Positions 61,707 through 64,000 of a stretch of 64,000 nt of DNA are shown here, piece by piece (position 1 is the stretch's first letter; each line of letters opens with the position of its first letter). Position numbers and translations under genes: made by a program. This DNA is from Haliotis rufescens (taxonomy: Eukaryota), in the NCBI RefSeq assembly GCF_023055435.1, contig NW_025963779.1, positions 16,368,001 through 16,432,000 of the forward strand. Direction: 5' to 3'. The notes beneath the pieces are model-generated. The model was not told the origin of the DNA and searched no databases. It worked only from the letters and a program-made list of their open reading frames with translations.

Positions 61707-63446
61707 TTAATCAACCCAGATATAAAGGAAAGTGAGCCTCAAAGGCGTTTGTGCCCCAATATCTTCAGGGCCGTCACAGGCGTGCTTCATCTGACAGGTC
61801 AATCTCCCTTCATCCTTTCCAGAGAAGGTGTTCACCCTTCTGCCAAACCCTCTAGGACAAGCCATTTGACGACCCAAGGATCTGCTAATGACACGACGAA
61901 TACCCTCCCTATTATAGTTTGTGCTATTGTCTCCCATGATGAATTTGTCAGGGTTTGAAGCATAACATGATGTGACTTGATTGTTGATTGCCTCTACCAC
62001 AGGCTTGCTCATTCCAAAGTGGTTGTCACCTCGGTGACCTCCAAATCCATATATTCTTCCGACTTTGGTTCCAGTTTCACGCAGATGAAGACGAAGACCA
62101 CGGCGACAGGTCTTCAAGACAGGTCTTCTCCTGTGTCCGTGCATTCTTGGACATGGGTGTTTGTGAAATCTGTTAAGGCCTTGGAGGTATCGCAAGCGAC
62201 GCACGCGTCTTATAGTACGTCGACGATGAATTCTAAACGTAGGTCCTCTTCTGTGGCTTCTGCACATTTTGCCTCTCTGCATGTCACAGCCCGCTTCATT
62301 GCATTTTGGCATCACTTCATTAATTTGACCACGCACTCAATACTTTTGGTTATTTCCGAGGTACATAGAAAGGGACTTCCTGGGAAACCTGTCGAATTCA
62401 AAATTTGAAGCTTCATCTTCCGAGGTTTCCCTGTTGTCTCTTCCCTCCATCGTCCTCGACTGGCGACGTCGAATGTGGGGTCCGAATACTCTCTGCCATT
62501 TGTTTCCATGCGTGGCTCTGTCATTGCTGTTCTTATCGTGTGACTCTGACACATCATCGCTTAATCTCACGCGACGGTTAGGACAACTCTAATATCTATG
62601 GAGATTCTTTACATCACGTTTGTTAAGACATCATCCCTCATTCGAACGCTAACATCCAGGCATGTTTCCCGAGACATTCGTGCAACGTACACGACGACGC
62701 TGACAGCTGGCAAAGCTGTTATCAGCGCAGTGGCTCTTGGTGTAATGTTCATCTTCAGTCTTATTATCTCGCCTGGACCATCCTCCAAAACAAGGCTCAT
62801 TTGTACGACGCCACCTTTTCCCACTGACCGCATGGTGGCCCATGGTGCGTCTACCTGGTCCCTCTTGACCAGCTCGATCACTACAGGATGCTTGAAATCC
62901 TCTGCAGCCAGCAAGGAAGGATTTCCTGGCTCCATGACATCCATAATACCAGAGAGGCATAGTGACACCTTCAGTACCCCTGGCGTATCTTGAAGCCCGG
63001 CCTGCTTGAATTGATCACAAATGTGGGTTCAAACAGAGATCGTCTTGTGAGGAATTACTACACTGATGCTCGAGACCTGTCATCATCCGCCTTCTCCAAG
63101 GTCTTCCACATTTCCTGGTAGTCTCATCACGCTTGAAGCGACCATCTTTTTGTATCACCCGTCTTCTCCAACGTTGCCCACAGGAATTCGAAGGAGACGT
63201 ACCATCACTGACATTCTCCTTCTGCAGGCAGTGACGTTCAACTTGCATCACTCGCCTTCCCCTACGTCCCCTACAATCGCTACCTGGAGACGTACAATCG
63301 CTTTCAGCCCCATCACGCTGACAGAGCCCGCCCAGTTCTCTCAGGCGTCGCGTCCCACAGACTCTCGTTGGGGTCACATGCTCCGTAGCTGTATCTTCAT
63401 CAGCTGTAGGGTTTGACCTGTGCCGACGACGACGATGACGCCAGCC
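61707..63446 (-). pseudogene. Pseudogenised copy of PB1 gene B exon 5
   Basis: Homologous peptide in a single frame with stops at 63015, 62649, about 62589 and 62337. The 5' end is replaced by a LINE fragment, and about 440 bp (42813-43255 equivalent) including the stop codon is deleted. Confidence 0.88.
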
Positions 63447-63453
63447 GGGCATG

Positions 63454-64000
63454 ATGATTGACACATTGTACAAAAACACGCCAACCCCGCCAGAGCCGCG
63501 CTTAGCTAATTTGTTAATACTTTTTCTGATGTTACCAAACCACTTGTAGTTATCTAAATGAAGTACATTATTCCCACGCAAGAAAGTTTCACATATACTA
63601 GTATATAGCTGTATTTTGTTATATTTTTACGAAAATTACTATTTTCGTGATCTAAAAGGTACCACTACAACACTAACGTAGCTTGTTTCAATTTTTGCCA
63701 ATCTGTCTTCAAACTGTATTAAGTTTGATTTAAATTCTGATCTAATATTGTCCATTTCAACCTCAACCGTGCTACTGATTAAGGAAGCAGTCTTCTCTGA
63801 CAATGATATTTCTAATCGCCTCTCTAAGCTGTCCATCCGATGGACGAAAGACTGATTCAAACTCGCGATCTCGGATTTCACAGTGTCAAACATGCGACGC
63901 ATTAAATCGAGAAGTTCGTCATCTCTTCTCACCTTTTATGTGAATCATTGAAACCTTGTTCTGTGAGAGGTCTCTTTCTTGAGTGTCCATCACAGGATCA
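63454..64000 (-). mobile_element. Inverted copy of the LINE 5' relic at 57530-58273
   Basis: Near-identical reverse complement that lacks the SINE insertion. Runs off the window edge. Confidence 0.8.

Larger units (their letters stand above)
59462..63446 (-). repeat. Inverted segmental duplicate of about 41180-46105
   Basis: Collinear reverse-complement homology across PB1 gene B exon 5, its 3' flank and shared old repeats (for example 44279-44710 vs 59990-60440), with indels. Confidence 0.9.

Overview
Eukaryotic, intron-rich invertebrate genomic DNA. A mollusc such as an abalone-type gastropod is plausible from the SINE families, but that is inference only. There are two gene systems. (1) A cluster of failed-axon-connections-homolog (FAXC; metaxin/GST-fold) genes: two intact 6-exon copies on + (4339-9930 and 20138-26411, 291 aa each), one diverged intact copy on - (56151-46796, 282 aa), an orphan exon 4-6 block (11478-16525) and a dead terminal exon (409-515). 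(2) A head-to-head pair of 5-exon genes (37768-33957 on -, 393 aa; 38745-43009 on +, 815 aa). Both begin with a p62/SQSTM1-type PB1 domain but have no recognisable ZZ or UBA domain, and instead carry Arg/Gly/Trp/Cys-rich low-complexity tails. They share a 976-bp intergenic region made of two inverted-duplicated promoters with HSE, CLEAR, CRE, AP-1 and kB-like sites. A dead inverted copy of the second gene's last exon lies at about 61707-63446, inside an inverted segmental duplication. The rest is repeats: a near-intact Tc1 (DD34E), a tyrosine-recombinase retroelement relic, LINE relics, at least four SINE-like families, MITEs, three minisatellites and two N gaps. Gene models were spliced by eye from splice sites, frame continuity and paralog comparison; no database searches were run.
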